In this document: piece after piece, positions 39,117 through 49,212 of the stretch
Layout of the letters: each line of letters starts with the position of its first letter
Numbering within the stretch: the first letter of the stretch is position 1
Notes under the pieces: model-generated
The model's input: the letters and a program-made list of their open reading frames with translations, nothing else
Told to the model about the DNA's origin: nothing
The model's database searches: none
Made by a program: the position numbers and the translations under genes
Source of the DNA: Truepera sp.
GTDB lineage: Bacteria > Deinococcota > Deinococci > Deinococcales > Trueperaceae
NCBI GenBank assembly: GCA_965218435.1
Contig: CBDCKW010000009.1
Coordinates: forward strand, 3,136,001 to 3,200,000
Direction of reading: 5' to 3'
Length of the DNA: 64,000 bases

Positions 39117-41762
39117 TCAGTTCGTGCCCCTTTGTGGACTTCCGGGGGTAATATCATTGCCCGCTCCGGGACCCGGCAGCTGTTCGGGTATTTCACCGGG
39201 AGCCGTTCCGGTCGCCTCGGGGACGCCCGTCGTGGTGGACTCAGGCAACGTATTGATTTGTCCTGAATTGCCCCCTCGACCCTGAATACTCTCCTCTTGA
39301 TAGACGCTGTACGGGTCACCGGCGTTGCGGAGGTGACCGGGGCCTTGGTAAAAGATCGGCAACACGTAGACGATCAGCAAGACGAAAATCCACACGCCGT
39401 CAACTAGGTGCCAATACGCGACGGGAACCTCGAGCCCGTTTTGCAACTTCGGCGTAAATTTGTTTCGTTGGCCCCGGAAAAACGCGACCCCCAACATCGT
39501 CAACCCGGCGATGACGTGCAGCATGTGCAGACCGGTAATCGTAAAGAACGCCGACAAGTAGAGGTTTTGCCGGGGGTCGGCGCGGCCCAAAATTTCGCGC
39601 CACTCGAAGCTGGTGATCCCCAAGAAGATAGCGCCAAAGGCGATCGTAACCGCGAGCAAACCCAAAAAGGTATTGCGTTTGCCGTGGTTAAAGTCGTGAT
39701 GCGCGACGTGAACCGTCAGCGAACTCGAGACTAAAAAGAGCGTGTTGAGGAGCGCCAGCTTGATGCTCGGCAGCTCGGCCGGAAACGACATCCGGCCGTT
39801 TAAGAGCAGGTAAAAAAACGCCGAAAAGACCATTAAAAAGAGCGCGATTTCGGAACCTAAAAACCAGTACGTCGCCATCATCCCGTTGGGGGTCTTGGTG
39901 CGGTTGTGATGCTCGACCTCGAGCTCAATCTCAGGACTGGCGAACGCGGGCTCGTTGGCCCACATGATAAAGGCGAAGAGTGCTACGGCGATACCGACGG
40001 TCCAAAGCGGCCCCTGTAAGACCATCCCGGCTAAAAAGAGCCCGAGGCCACCGGCAGCGATCAGCGGCCAGATGCTGGCGTTGGGCAGATGGATATCGGA
40101 CTCACGCAGCGTTGCCCCTTCGCCGACCGGCCAGAGCCCGAGCTTTTTCCAGTCATAAAGTGGGCGTTCGCTGTGAAACTCGGTTGGGAGCGTGACGCCA
40201 AAGTTGTACGCAGGGGGTGGGCTCGAGGTCGCCCACTCGAGGCTGTACCCAAAACCCCACGGGTTAGGCCCAGCTTCTTTAGGTTTACGGAGGCTGACCA
40301 CGACGTTATAGACGAATAACAGAAACCCGAACGCGAGCATCAGCGAGCCGATTGACGAGATCGCGTTCCAGATACCCCAACCAAGACCCTCAGCGTAAGT
40401 ATAGATGCGGCGCGGCATCCCTAAAAGCCCCAAGATGTACTGCGGAAAGTAGGTCACCATAAAGCCGACGAACCAAAGCCAAAAGAGCCACTTGCCCATA
40501 CGCTCGTTGAGGAACCGACCGGTCATTTTAGGAAACCAGTAAAACGTTGCGGCCATCACGATAAAGATCGAACCGCCGATCAAGATATTGTGAAAGTGCG
40601 CGACGACCCAGTAGGTATCGTGCATCTGCCAGGTAAACGGCACAATGGCGAGCGCCACGCCGGTAATCCCGCCGATGGTAAAGAGGAAGATAAATCCCAA
40701 ACACATCAGCATCGCGGTATTAAAGACGATCTTACCCTTCCAAATTGTGGCCAGCCAGTTGAAAATCTTGACGCCCGTCGGTACCGCGACCAGCATCGTG
40801 GTAAAGGCGAAGACCGAGTTGAGAATCGGGCTGCCCATCGAGGTAAACATGTGATGCGCCCACACCAGATAACTGACCAGCGCAATGCCCATCGTCGCTC
40901 CGGCTAAAGCGGTGTAGCCGAAGATCGGTTTACGGGTCATCGTCGGCAAGATTTCCGAGACAATCCCAAACCACGGCAACACCATAATGTACACCGCCGG
41001 GTGCGAATAAAACCAAAAGAGGTGCTGATATAAAACCGGGTCGCCACCAATCGCGGGGTTATAGAGGCTGATACCGGTCGTGCGGTCAAGCAAGGTAATC
41101 ATCGTCGCGGCGGTGATCCCCGGCGTCGCTAAAACCTGCAAAAACGACGTGGCCATCATCGCCCAGCCAAACATCGGGAGTTGCCGCCAGCCCATCCCCG
41201 GCGTGCGGAGGTTGACCATTGTAACGATAAAATTGATGCCCGCAAAGATAGACGAAAAACCAACGAGCTGCAAACCTAAAATCCACGAATCCACCCCCGC
41301 CTGCGGCTGGTACTGCGAGCTGGCGAAGGGAAAATAAGCGACCCAGCCCCCTTGCGCCCAACCGCCGAAGAGCGGCGCGGAGTAGAGCAAAAGGCCGCCG
41401 AACAGGTACAGCCAGTACGCAAACGCGTTCATCCGCGGCAGCGCCATATCGCGCGCACCGATCATCAGCGGAATAAAGTAGTTGCCGAACCCGGCGGCAA
41501 TTGGAATAATAAATAAAAACTGCATCGTCGTGCCGTGGGCGGTCAGGATTTGGTTGTAAAAGCTGCCGACGAGCACGTCCATGTTGGGGCGTGAGAGCTG
41601 CAACCGGATCAGCAGCGCCGCAATCCCGCCAAGCGCAAAGAAGACGAAGCTCGTGACCAAATACATGATGCCGATCTTTTTGTGGTCGACGGTGGTTAAC
41701 AGGTCGAGCCAAAGGGGTTTACGTCTGACATCTTGTTGGGACTTTCCGACAGCAATACTCAT
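39117..41762 (-). CDS. ctaD: caa3-type cytochrome c oxidase fused subunit I/III
   Basis: DHKKIG, FWFYSHPAVY, WAHHMF, VAHFH, followed by subunit III motifs GLHMLHV and YWHLVD. Confidence 0.95.
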   Translation of the reverse strand: MSIAVGKSQQDVRRKPLWLDLLTTVDHKKIGIMYLVTSFVFFALGGIAALLIRLQLSRPNMDVLVGSFYNQILTAHGTTMQFLFIIPIAAGFGNYFIPLMIGARDMALPRMNAFAYWLYLFGGLLLYSAPLFGGWAQGGWVAYFPFASSQYQPQAGVDSWILGLQLVGFSSIFAGINFIVTMVNLRTPGMGWRQLPMFGWAMMATSFLQVLATPGITAATMITLLDRTTGISLYNPAIGGDPVLYQHLFWFYSHPAVYIMVLPWFGIVSEILPTMTRKPIFGYTALAGATMGIALVSYLVWAHHMFTSMGSPILNSVFAFTTMLVAVPTGVKIFNWLATIWKGKIVFNTAMLMCLGFIFLFTIGGITGVALAIVPFTWQMHDTYWVVAHFHNILIGGSIFIVMAATFYWFPKMTGRFLNERMGKWLFWLWFVGFMVTYFPQYILGLLGMPRRIYTYAEGLGWGIWNAISSIGSLMLAFGFLLFVYNVVVSLRKPKEAGPNPWGFGYSLEWATSSPPPAYNFGVTLPTEFHSERPLYDWKKLGLWPVGEGATLRESDIHLPNASIWPLIAAGGLGLFLAGMVLQGPLWTVGIAVALFAFIMWANEPAFASPEIELEVEHHNRTKTPNGMMATYWFLGSEIALFLMVFSAFFYLLLNGRMSFPAELPSIKLALLNTLFLVSSSLTVHVAHHDFNHGKRNTFLGLLAVTIAFGAIFLGITSFEWREILGRADPRQNLYLSAFFTITGLHMLHVIAGLTMLGVAFFRGQRNKFTPKLQNGLEVPVAYWHLVDGVWIFVLLIVYVLPIFYQGPGHLRNAGDPYSVYQEESIQGRGGNSGQINTLPESTTTGVPEATGTAPGEIPEQLPGPGAGNDITPGSPQRGTN

Positions 41763-42979
41763 TGGGCGTTCTCCAGGCTGACGAGGGTGTTGGGCGTAGC
41801 GGACGAAGGTTTGATGTTGAGACTGAGGGCTTGATCAGATTGACCGGATTTTGACTGGCCTCGAGCGAGCTTAGCGTCATTAACGGCGTCGTTAACCGCC
41901 TGCTTCATATCAAAGCCGGGGAGCTTTAACGATTCTAGGTAGGCGGTCAGCTGCTCCGCCTCTTCTTGGCTGAGACCTAAGTTCGGCATTGCCACACCGG
42001 GTTTTACGGTATCGGTGTAGCGAAGCCAGCGGATCATATTTTCGGGTGTGTTGGCCAAAATACCGGCAGCGATACTGGTCCGTGAGCCGATAAACGAGAG
42101 GTTGGGGCCGGTCCGGTTATAGGTGTTGACGCCGTTGACCGCGTGGCAGTTGACGCAACCTTTAGAGACGAAAAGCTGTGACCCGGCAACTGCCAGCTCA
42201 GCCTTGGGGGGAGCGGCCGCTTTTTGCGCGGCAGCTTTCCACGCCTGATAATTTTTGGGCGACAGGGCGATCAGCCGGAGGCGCATGTTGGCGTGGGAGT
42301 CGCCGCAAATTTCAGCGCAGTGGCCGTAAAAAATACCTTCACGGTCGGGGGTAAACCAGAGGGTACGCTCGTTGCCGGGAACCAGGTCGGTTTTACCGGC
42401 GACTTGCGGAATCCAAAACGAGTGCATGGTATCGCCCGACGCGAGGTTGAGTTTAACCGGCGTGCCGACCGGCGCGACGACTTCGTTGGCGGTGACGATC
42501 CCCGAGTCTTTATAGGCCATCTCCCACCAGAACTGCCGACCAACAACGTTGATTTCAATCGCATCTTTGGGCGCGGCAAAACCGTCGAGCTGATAGATGG
42601 CGCTCAGGGTCGGTACGAGCAAAATCGCCAAGATAATCAGGGGAATCACGGTCCAGGCGACCTCGAGCTTTAAGTTCCCGTGCGTCTGCGGCGGTTCGAC
42701 GCTGTGGTCGCGGTCGCGGATACCGCCGACAATGCCCGCAATCATAAACGCCGTCACAATCGCCATCACGAAGATGCTAAAACCCATCACCAACCAGAAG
42801 AGTTTAGAGATTTCGCGGGCGTTGGGCGAAGCGGTGTCGAGTACACTAGGTGTCGGAATGTGCGGCATCCCAGGGGCGGAGATACTCGCAAACGCCAGCC
42901 CCGAACACGAGACCACAAGTATGAGCAAAAATAGCCACGGGAGCTTTTGTAAAGGTCGGCTTTGAACGGGTCTTTTCAC
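41759..42979 (-). CDS. ctaC: Cytochrome c oxidase subunit II with fused cytochrome c
   Basis: CuA motif HSFW...CAEICGDSHANM plus CVNCH haem c motif. Confidence 0.95.
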   Translation of the reverse strand: MKRPVQSRPLQKLPWLFLLILVVSCSGLAFASISAPGMPHIPTPSVLDTASPNAREISKLFWLVMGFSIFVMAIVTAFMIAGIVGGIRDRDHSVEPPQTHGNLKLEVAWTVIPLIILAILLVPTLSAIYQLDGFAAPKDAIEINVVGRQFWWEMAYKDSGIVTANEVVAPVGTPVKLNLASGDTMHSFWIPQVAGKTDLVPGNERTLWFTPDREGIFYGHCAEICGDSHANMRLRLIALSPKNYQAWKAAAQKAAAPPKAELAVAGSQLFVSKGCVNCHAVNGVNTYNRTGPNLSFIGSRTSIAAGILANTPENMIRWLRYTDTVKPGVAMPNLGLSQEEAEQLTAYLESLKLPGFDMKQAVNDAVNDAKLARGQSKSGQSDQALSLNIKPSSATPNTLVSLENAQ

Positions 42980-42987
42980 ATTCTCTC

Positions 42988-43896
42988 CTAGCTAAGGGCG
43001 CGCTCGAGCGCCATCACTAAAAATAGTAGCGCGAGGTAAGACATCGAATACTTGTATAAACTCAGGGCAGTAGGGCGGTCGATAGCTTCGTTGCGCTGCA
43101 CCTTGACAAACAGTCTGGCGACGCGGACGAGGAGTACCAAGTTAAGAAGGAGAGCAGCAATAAAATAACTCAGACCAAATTCGTGCTGGAAAAAGGGGAT
43201 GAGGGTTAGGGCCACCGTCAGCACGGCGTACATCACCATCTGCAAGACCGTCGCCCGCTCGCCGATAATCGAGGGGGCCATCGGTACGCCCACTTTGTCG
43301 TAGTCATCTTTAATCATAATGGCGAGCGCCCAGAAGTGAACCGGCGTCCAAAAAAAGACCAGCGCAAATAAAAACCAGGCCAGCAAGCTCAGGCTACCGG
43401 TTACCGCGGCCCAGCCGACGAGCGGCGGAATCGCCCCCGCTGCGCCGCCGATCACGATATTTTGCCAGGTGCTACGTTTAAGCCACATCGTGTAGATGAT
43501 GACGTAAAAGGCGATCCCTGCCCACGACAACAGCGCGGCCAACACGTTCGAGGTAAGTGCAATCACTAAAAACGAGCCGATGGTCAGCGCGACGCCGAAG
43601 ATGAGGGCGTCACGGCTCGAGATCACCGTCGTCACCGTCGGCCGCTGCGCCGTTCGTTTCATTCGCACGTCAATATCGCGGTCGTAAACCATGTTAAAAA
43701 CGCCCGCGGCCCCCGCCGACATATAACCGCCTACGACAACACCTAAAAGCGCCAGCCAGCCGGGAAACCCGCTCGCTGCGATAAACATCGCGCCCACGGT
43801 CGTTAAGAGTAAGAGGCTGATCACTTTGGGTTTGGTCAGCGTGACGTAATCGCGCCACGACGCTCTGGGCCTGCTCACTATCACATTCTCAATCAT
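42988..43896 (-). CDS. ctaB: Protoheme IX farnesyltransferase (haem O synthase)
   Basis: LTKPKV, NMVYDRDIDVRMKRT, FWTPVHFWAL. Confidence 0.95.
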   Translation of the reverse strand: MIENVIVSRPRASWRDYVTLTKPKVISLLLLTTVGAMFIAASGFPGWLALLGVVVGGYMSAGAAGVFNMVYDRDIDVRMKRTAQRPTVTTVISSRDALIFGVALTIGSFLVIALTSNVLAALLSWAGIAFYVIIYTMWLKRSTWQNIVIGGAAGAIPPLVGWAAVTGSLSLLAWFLFALVFFWTPVHFWALAIMIKDDYDKVGVPMAPSIIGERATVLQMVMYAVLTVALTLIPFFQHEFGLSYFIAALLLNLVLLVRVARLFVKVQRNEAIDRPTALSLYKYSMSYLALLFLVMALERALS

Positions 43897-43902
43897 TTTT
43901 AG

Positions 43903-44874
43903 TCACGTTCTCATCCCTTCGTGCCAAGACGGTGCCACTTTAACAGCCGCAGTGCGCGGCAAACCGAGTGTGTAGGCCGTGAGCGCCGACAGGAGCGCGA
44001 ACGCCAGAACTGCCATAAACAGGTGCAGCAGTTGCAAACCAATCGGCCCTAAAAAGGCCAGGTTGAGCGTACCGACCAGCAGCTGCGCGACGTAGACCCC
44101 GAAAAGAATCCGGGCGATGTGGCGGGCTTCCGCGACCGGTTTAAGCCACCAGCTAAGTCCTAAACTGAGGAACAGATAAAGCCCGACTGAAATAGCGATC
44201 AGCGGGTGCAGCACCCGCAGCCGGATCAGCAGATGCGAGGCCGGGTCAAAATCCGCGCGAAACCCTGCGGCGAGACTTTCAGACGGAAACATCGTGTTGC
44301 CCATCGCAGCAATACCCCCGGTAAAGATTAGGAGCAGCATCCCGATCAGACCGACCGAAAGGGTAATGCCGACGAGACTTTGACCGCGCAGACTCGGCGC
44401 GCGCGGCGCACCTTTACGGGCGTACACGAGTGTCAGGGTCAGTGCGCCGATTAAGAGCACCGAGTTGACGAGGTGCGTTGCGACCAGAACGCCGCGGCCA
44501 AAGGTCGCGTTATCGCCGGTCAGCCCGAGGAGCACCGTCGCTGCGCCGAGCAAGGCTTCAAAAATCAAAAAGATAAATGACGCGGTGGCGGCTCCGAAAA
44601 GGGCAGGCGAATCGCGGCGGACGCGGAAGGCGCGGCTTAGGAGCCAACCACCTAGCACCAGGGCGCTGAGTGAAAGCAGCCGGTGCGAGTATTCGACCAG
44701 CGTTTCGGTGGTGGGCGCGAGCGGCACGACCTCACCGTTACAAAGCGGCCAGTGACTGCCACAGCCAGCGCCCGAACCCGTAGCGCGTACGACGGCACCT
44801 TGTAAGATAATCAGCAAATTGACGCCCAAAGTCAGCCACGCCAGCTTAACCGTCGAAAAGTTTATCTTTGGCAC
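43903..44874 (-). CDS. ctaA: Haem A synthase (COX15/CtaA)
   Basis: GAVVRATGSGAGCGSHWPLCNG, EYSHR. Confidence 0.92.
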   Translation of the reverse strand: MPKINFSTVKLAWLTLGVNLLIILQGAVVRATGSGAGCGSHWPLCNGEVVPLAPTTETLVEYSHRLLSLSALVLGGWLLSRAFRVRRDSPALFGAATASFIFLIFEALLGAATVLLGLTGDNATFGRGVLVATHLVNSVLLIGALTLTLVYARKGAPRAPSLRGQSLVGITLSVGLIGMLLLIFTGGIAAMGNTMFPSESLAAGFRADFDPASHLLIRLRVLHPLIAISVGLYLFLSLGLSWWLKPVAEARHIARILFGVYVAQLLVGTLNLAFLGPIGLQLLHLFMAVLAFALLSALTAYTLGLPRTAAVKVAPSWHEGMRT

Positions 44875-44908
44875 CTACCGCCTCCGTTATATCGCTAATC
44901 GCTGCGTC

Positions 44909-44968
44909 GCGTCTCTATACATAGCGTCTCTATACATAGCATCTCTACACACAGCGTCTTTGCACATA
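44909..44968. repeat. 4 x 15-bp tandem repeat upstream of ctaA
   Basis: GCGTCTCTATACATA x2, GCATCTCTACACACA, GCGTCTTTGCACATA. Confidence 0.9.
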
Positions 44969-45229
44969 GATTGCAGCTATCTCAGACAGCGTGTCTAGGA
45001 CTATAAGTATAAAAGCTGCGCCTCATAAAACTCAGCGGACAAACGTCCCAAAAGTCCCAGCGGCACGCGCCAGCGTACCATCCACAGAAGTTACCGAACC
45101 GTGCCGCACAGTCTCAATAAGCTTCAGCAGTCTAGGTGCGTAGCCAAAGGTAGCGGAGCGGTATAAAGGCGGAGCGGGGGCACAGTGAGAGCGTAGTAAG
45201 ATATACTAGGCCCAAACAGGAGGCCACGT

Positions 45230-45748
45230 ATGGCGATACCACTACTGCTTTCATCCGTCGCTGCAGGACTTATTGCAACCGCTGTGATGGTGTTCTTTCT
45301 CTATTTACCGCTGCTCTGGCAGGGCAACTATTACGACGTTTTGGGGGCGCTCGGTTCCGCGATTACTCGGCACCTAGACGGCCGCGCCCGTTTTTTAGGC
45401 TCGCTTATCTATTTTGGCGGCGGTGTCTTTTTTGCCATTTTTTACGGTTGGGTTGTGCTCGCGCTGATGCGCGTTCCCCAACCGGTACCCCAAATTATTG
45501 TCTTGTCGGGTTTACCTACGCAGATCAACCTGTTTTATCCGATTTTGGGGATCGCGTTAGGTTTGGGACACGGGATTTTGGTGGCGTTTATTATGACCAT
45601 TATTGTGATTGAGCACCACCCGCTCGAGCAGTTTCGCACCCGTTTTATCTTGGTTATTTCACAGCTTATCAGCCACGTCGCCTTCGGTATTACCGTGATG
45701 TTTTTCCAGTCGCAGTTTTTGCAGCTGTTTTCTCAAGTCCGAGCTTAA
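45230..45748 (+). CDS. Hypothetical four-TM membrane protein
   Basis: AGGAGG RBS, hydrophobic helices with His residues, followed by a GC hairpin at 45773-45801. Confidence 0.75.
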   Translation: MAIPLLLSSVAAGLIATAVMVFFLYLPLLWQGNYYDVLGALGSAITRHLDGRARFLGSLIYFGGGVFFAIFYGWVVLALMRVPQPVPQIIVLSGLPTQINLFYPILGIALGLGHGILVAFIMTIIVIEHHPLEQFRTRFILVISQLISHVAFGITVMFFQSQFLQLFSQVRA

Positions 45749-45908
45749 CCGCTCCTATTCCCAGCGGCTTTGAGGCGGCGCTCAGGTGCTGAGCGCCGCC
45801 TTATCTTTGGCCTTGGCTGCGTGAACCAAGGCTCTACAAGCGGACTCGGCAAATTCACGAGGACTCGAGCCCACTTGCTTCACGCCTGAGGCTATACTGT
45901 CCTGAACC

Positions 45909-46376
45909 ATGAGGCTTTCGGCAACCGACATCTACGCGTTTCAAGCTTTGGGTTTTTTGGGAACGCAGCCCTCTGAAAAGTGGGTAGGGAGCGACGACAT
46001 CAGCCAAGCGACCGGTATCGCGCGGCCCTACCTGATGCGTGTACTCGCCCAGCTTGTCAGCAAAGGCATCGTCAGCTCAAAAAAAGGAACCGGCGGCGGT
46101 TACGCGCTTAGCACGAACGCGAAAGATATAAACTTGCGGGACGTCATGCGGGCGATTGACGGACCGGTTGCGCCGCTCTCTTGTGTCAGCCTCAACTGGC
46201 ACGTTGCGTGCCCCGAAGAAGACCGTTGCCACGCCCGCAGCGCCGTCTGGGAACGGGTGCGTGACGCGCTGCTAGCGGCTCTTTCAGAAGTAAGCGTCGC
46301 CGACCTCGCCGCAGATTTTGAACAAGGCGTAACCTACACGCCCTGTTTGACACACCTACTCAAACCCAATGTCTGA
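45909..46376 (+). CDS. Rrf2 family regulator with Cys cluster
   Basis: [25 protein letters not shown]....C.....C. Confidence 0.92.
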   Translation: MRLSATDIYAFQALGFLGTQPSEKWVGSDDISQATGIARPYLMRVLAQLVSKGIVSSKKGTGGGYALSTNAKDINLRDVMRAIDGPVAPLSCVSLNWHVACPEEDRCHARSAVWERVRDALLAALSEVSVADLAADFEQGVTYTPCLTHLLKPNV

Positions 46377-46381
46377 AGGGA

Positions 46382-46969
46382 TTAGTCCGACTCAGCGGCA
46401 GTGATGCGCTCGATCCGCCTGTCCGGGACGAGCCAGAGCAGTGCGACTAAAACATACAAACTCAGGGCAAACCAAGCTGCGACAAAAGCCGAAAGAACAG
46501 CAACGATGTAAGCGATAGACGACGCTTTGCCTTTCCAGTCGGCAGAGACGGCCCGAGCCAGTAGCGAACCGGACCCTTCCGAACGGATAATGGTCTGTTG
46601 CAGCACCAGATAGGCAAAAGAAGCCATCAGTAATACCGCACCGTAAAGCGTAGTAGGTACGGCGGCAAAGTGATGTTCACCCATCCAGGCAGTTGTAAAC
46701 GGAATAAGCGAAAGCCAAAAAAGCAGGTGCAAGTTAGCCCAGAGGGTAGCGCCCGTAACTTTGTGTGTAACATGCAGCATATGATGATGGTTGTTCCAGT
46801 AGATACCGATATTGATGAAGCTCAGCGCGTAGCTCAAAAAAACTGGCAGCAGCGGGCGCAGGTCAGCCAAGGCAACCCCTTCAGGGACACGCAGCTCGAG
46901 CACCATAATCGTGATGATAATAGCGAGTACGCCGTCGCTAAACGCCTCGAGCCGTCCTGTCCCTAACAT
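46382..46969 (-). CDS. TMEM175 family (DUF1211) potassium channel
   Basis: RLEAFSDGVLAIIITIMVLEL, YWNNHHH. Confidence 0.92.
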   Translation of the reverse strand: MLGTGRLEAFSDGVLAIIITIMVLELRVPEGVALADLRPLLPVFLSYALSFINIGIYWNNHHHMLHVTHKVTGATLWANLHLLFWLSLIPFTTAWMGEHHFAAVPTTLYGAVLLMASFAYLVLQQTIIRSEGSGSLLARAVSADWKGKASSIAYIVAVLSAFVAAWFALSLYVLVALLWLVPDRRIERITAAESD

Positions 46970-47000
46970 CTGGTGTCCATAGAGCAGTCTAACTCGGTAC

Positions 47001-47414
47001 TTAGAGAGGTTTATCGCCTAAAGGCTGCGAAAACCGCAGCAGATAGCCGTCCGGGTCTTGCACCCAAAACTCGCGTGAACCGCTCAGCATGTCACCCGTT
47101 TCACGCCACACGTCTTTAAGGTCGCGCTGCATCGCCGTACCGTTCGCTAAAAGCCGCTCGTAAACAGGCGTAATGTCTGAAAGTTCCATCTGCAGGTTGA
47201 TGCCGCGCCCGTAGGGGGGCTCGAGCGGTTTACCTAACCAGCTCTTATCACTTTGCAACAGCATCAGCTGCAGCTCTTCTTGCTCGAGGTAAACGAACTC
47301 CGGGTCGTGTCTGGCGTATAAGACGTTAAACCCTAAAATATGGCTATAGAACTCTAAGCTCCTGGAGAAATCCGAAACATAAAGCTCAGGGACCATCTTC
47401 CGCCAGGTGATCAC
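47001..47414 (-). CDS. VOC/glyoxalase (bleomycin resistance-like) protein
   Basis: PELYVSDFSRSLEFY...LGF, REFWVQDPDGYLLRF. Confidence 0.9.
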   Translation of the reverse strand: MITWRKMVPELYVSDFSRSLEFYSHILGFNVLYARHDPEFVYLEQEELQLMLLQSDKSWLGKPLEPPYGRGINLQMELSDITPVYERLLANGTAMQRDLKDVWRETGDMLSGSREFWVQDPDGYLLRFSQPLGDKPL

Positions 47415-47788
47415 TGACCACGCTGCGCGTCATAAACGTGCCGTGCTTCAAACACCGCGCGGATATTCTCTTCAGCCCAACCGCCTAAGCGGAAGATAAT
47501 GTCTTCCAAACTCACGCCTAGCTCGGTCAGTTCGTACTCGGTGTGGGGCGGTACCACCGGATAAGAGGTGCGTTTGACCAGACCGTTGCGTTCTAGTTCG
47601 CGCAGCGTTTGGGTCAACATCTTTTGTGAAATCCCCTCGACCGTGTGCTGAAGCTCGCTGTAACGCTGTTTGCCCCCTCGCAAAGCGTAGAGGATGAGAA
47701 CCTGCCACTTCCCGGCCAGCATCTCGAGCACGCTGTTCGACGGGCAGCCCTTGCTCATGACGTTGGGCGCTTGTTGGATTATGTCCAT
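47411..47788 (-). CDS. HxlR family regulator
   Basis: CPSNSVLEMLAGKW, GISQKMLTQTLRELERNGL; start trimmed to MDIIQ. Confidence 0.9.
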   Translation of the reverse strand: MDIIQQAPNVMSKGCPSNSVLEMLAGKWQVLILYALRGGKQRYSELQHTVEGISQKMLTQTLRELERNGLVKRTSYPVVPPHTEYELTELGVSLEDIIFRLGGWAEENIRAVFEARHVYDAQRGQ

Positions 47789-47903
47789 CACCCAGATATA
47801 ACACATTTTGACCTCTAACGCACCAGAAAGTATGTACTTTACTTTTAGGGCGCACAAAAGTATGCTTCCGTCGTCTGTACTTAGTACGACGAGGAGGAAA
47901 AAC

Positions 47904-48749
47904 ATGATTTTAGTTACCACCCCAAACGGCAAAGTCGGCAGTGAAATCGCCAATGCCCTGCTCGAGCAGGGTCAAAAAGTACGGCTCGGCGCACATACCG
48001 TTGACAAAGCGCAAACCGCGTTTCCACAAGCCGAGGTCGTCCCCTTTGACTTTGCCGACGAAGCTACGGTGAGAGCGGCCCTCGAGGGTATTGAGGCGCT
48101 CTATCTGGCGTCTCCCACAGACGCCCAAGCTGCGCCCGTCAACCGCGTGATTGACCTGGCAAAAGAGGCTGGGGTCGAGCGTATTGTGCAGCTTTCCGCG
48201 ATTTCCGCGATGGGCGTAGAAGCCAGCGAGAACCCATTACACGACGTCGAGAAACACCTGAAAGCATCGGGGATGGGGTACACGCTGCTAAAGCCGAACT
48301 GGTTTATGCAAAACTACAGCACCCACTACGCTGAGAGCATCCGCACGCAAAGCACGTTTGCCGAGCCCGCCGGAGACGCGAAGACAGGTTTTATTGACGC
48401 TCGTGATATCGCCGCAGTTGGCGTCAAAGCCTTGACCGAAGAGGGGCATAACACCCAAGCCTATGACCTGACCGGCGCTAGAGCCTATACCCGTAGTGAG
48501 GTTGCCGAAGTGCTCTCACAAGCGACCGATAAAACGGTGACTTACACCGCCATTACCGACGCGCAGTTTCAAGCAGAGATGACCTCGGCAGGTGCGCCCG
48601 CCGCTTACGTCAGGCTGATGACGGATTTGTATCAGGTCGTAAGGGCGGGCCACATTGCGGGCGTGACGCATACCGTTGAGCAAGTAACCGGGCGTGCCCC
48701 TATCTCTTTAGAGCAGTTTGCCCGTGACCACAAAGACGTTTGGTTATAG
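47904..48749 (+). CDS. NmrA-like/atypical SDR oxidoreductase
   Basis: MILVTTPNGKVG, LKPNWFMQN, FIDARDIA; GAGGAGG RBS. Confidence 0.9.
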   Translation: MILVTTPNGKVGSEIANALLEQGQKVRLGAHTVDKAQTAFPQAEVVPFDFADEATVRAALEGIEALYLASPTDAQAAPVNRVIDLAKEAGVERIVQLSAISAMGVEASENPLHDVEKHLKASGMGYTLLKPNWFMQNYSTHYAESIRTQSTFAEPAGDAKTGFIDARDIAAVGVKALTEEGHNTQAYDLTGARAYTRSEVAEVLSQATDKTVTYTAITDAQFQAEMTSAGAPAAYVRLMTDLYQVVRAGHIAGVTHTVEQVTGRAPISLEQFARDHKDVWL

Positions 48750-48753
48750 ACAA

Positions 48754-49209
48754 CTACCGCTTCTGAGTCTTTAAGGGCGCTTCCATCAGCGGAGCCGGGT
48801 GCGCGGTGCAGTAGTAGCTGCTGACCTGCGCGGCTAACTTCGGCGTCAGGGTAAAGGTGATACCTTCATCATCTGCGACGAAGTTGACGTTTGGGTCAGT
48901 CTCAAAAGGCCGGTCTTGAGGGTGCTGATTGAGGAGCGAGTCACCGTTTTTGCCACGAACGGCAAACGGGTGAATCTGCAGCGTTCCCAGATTGACAAAG
49001 TGATACCGCTCTCCGACCGTCAGCGTGATGAGTGTGTTTTGAGTGCCCAGTTTGGCGACGCCTTCCGCTCCCTCGATACGTTTGACGACCCAGGCGCTCG
49101 AGTCCACATTTTGCATTGTCATGGTCACGTCAGCTTGCGCCAAAGCTGCACCTGACATAAGCGAACAAAAAAGCAGGGCAACAACACCCTGCTTAAACCC
49201 AAAGTTCAC
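48754..49209 (-). CDS. Secreted cupredoxin-like protein
   Basis: Signal peptide ending ALA-Q; HPF...YYCTAHPAPLM resembles type 1 copper ligands. Confidence 0.65.
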   Translation of the reverse strand: MNFGFKQGVVALLFCSLMSGAALAQADVTMTMQNVDSSAWVVKRIEGAEGVAKLGTQNTLITLTVGERYHFVNLGTLQIHPFAVRGKNGDSLLNQHPQDRPFETDPNVNFVADDEGITFTLTPKLAAQVSSYYCTAHPAPLMEAPLKTQKR

Positions 49210-49212
49210 GTG

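Noticed and set aside
47789..47953. Overlapping N-terminal extensions of HxlR and the NmrA-like gene
   Set aside because: Longest-ORF artefacts; an RBS supports 47904 and family length supports 47788, leaving a normal divergent promoter region.
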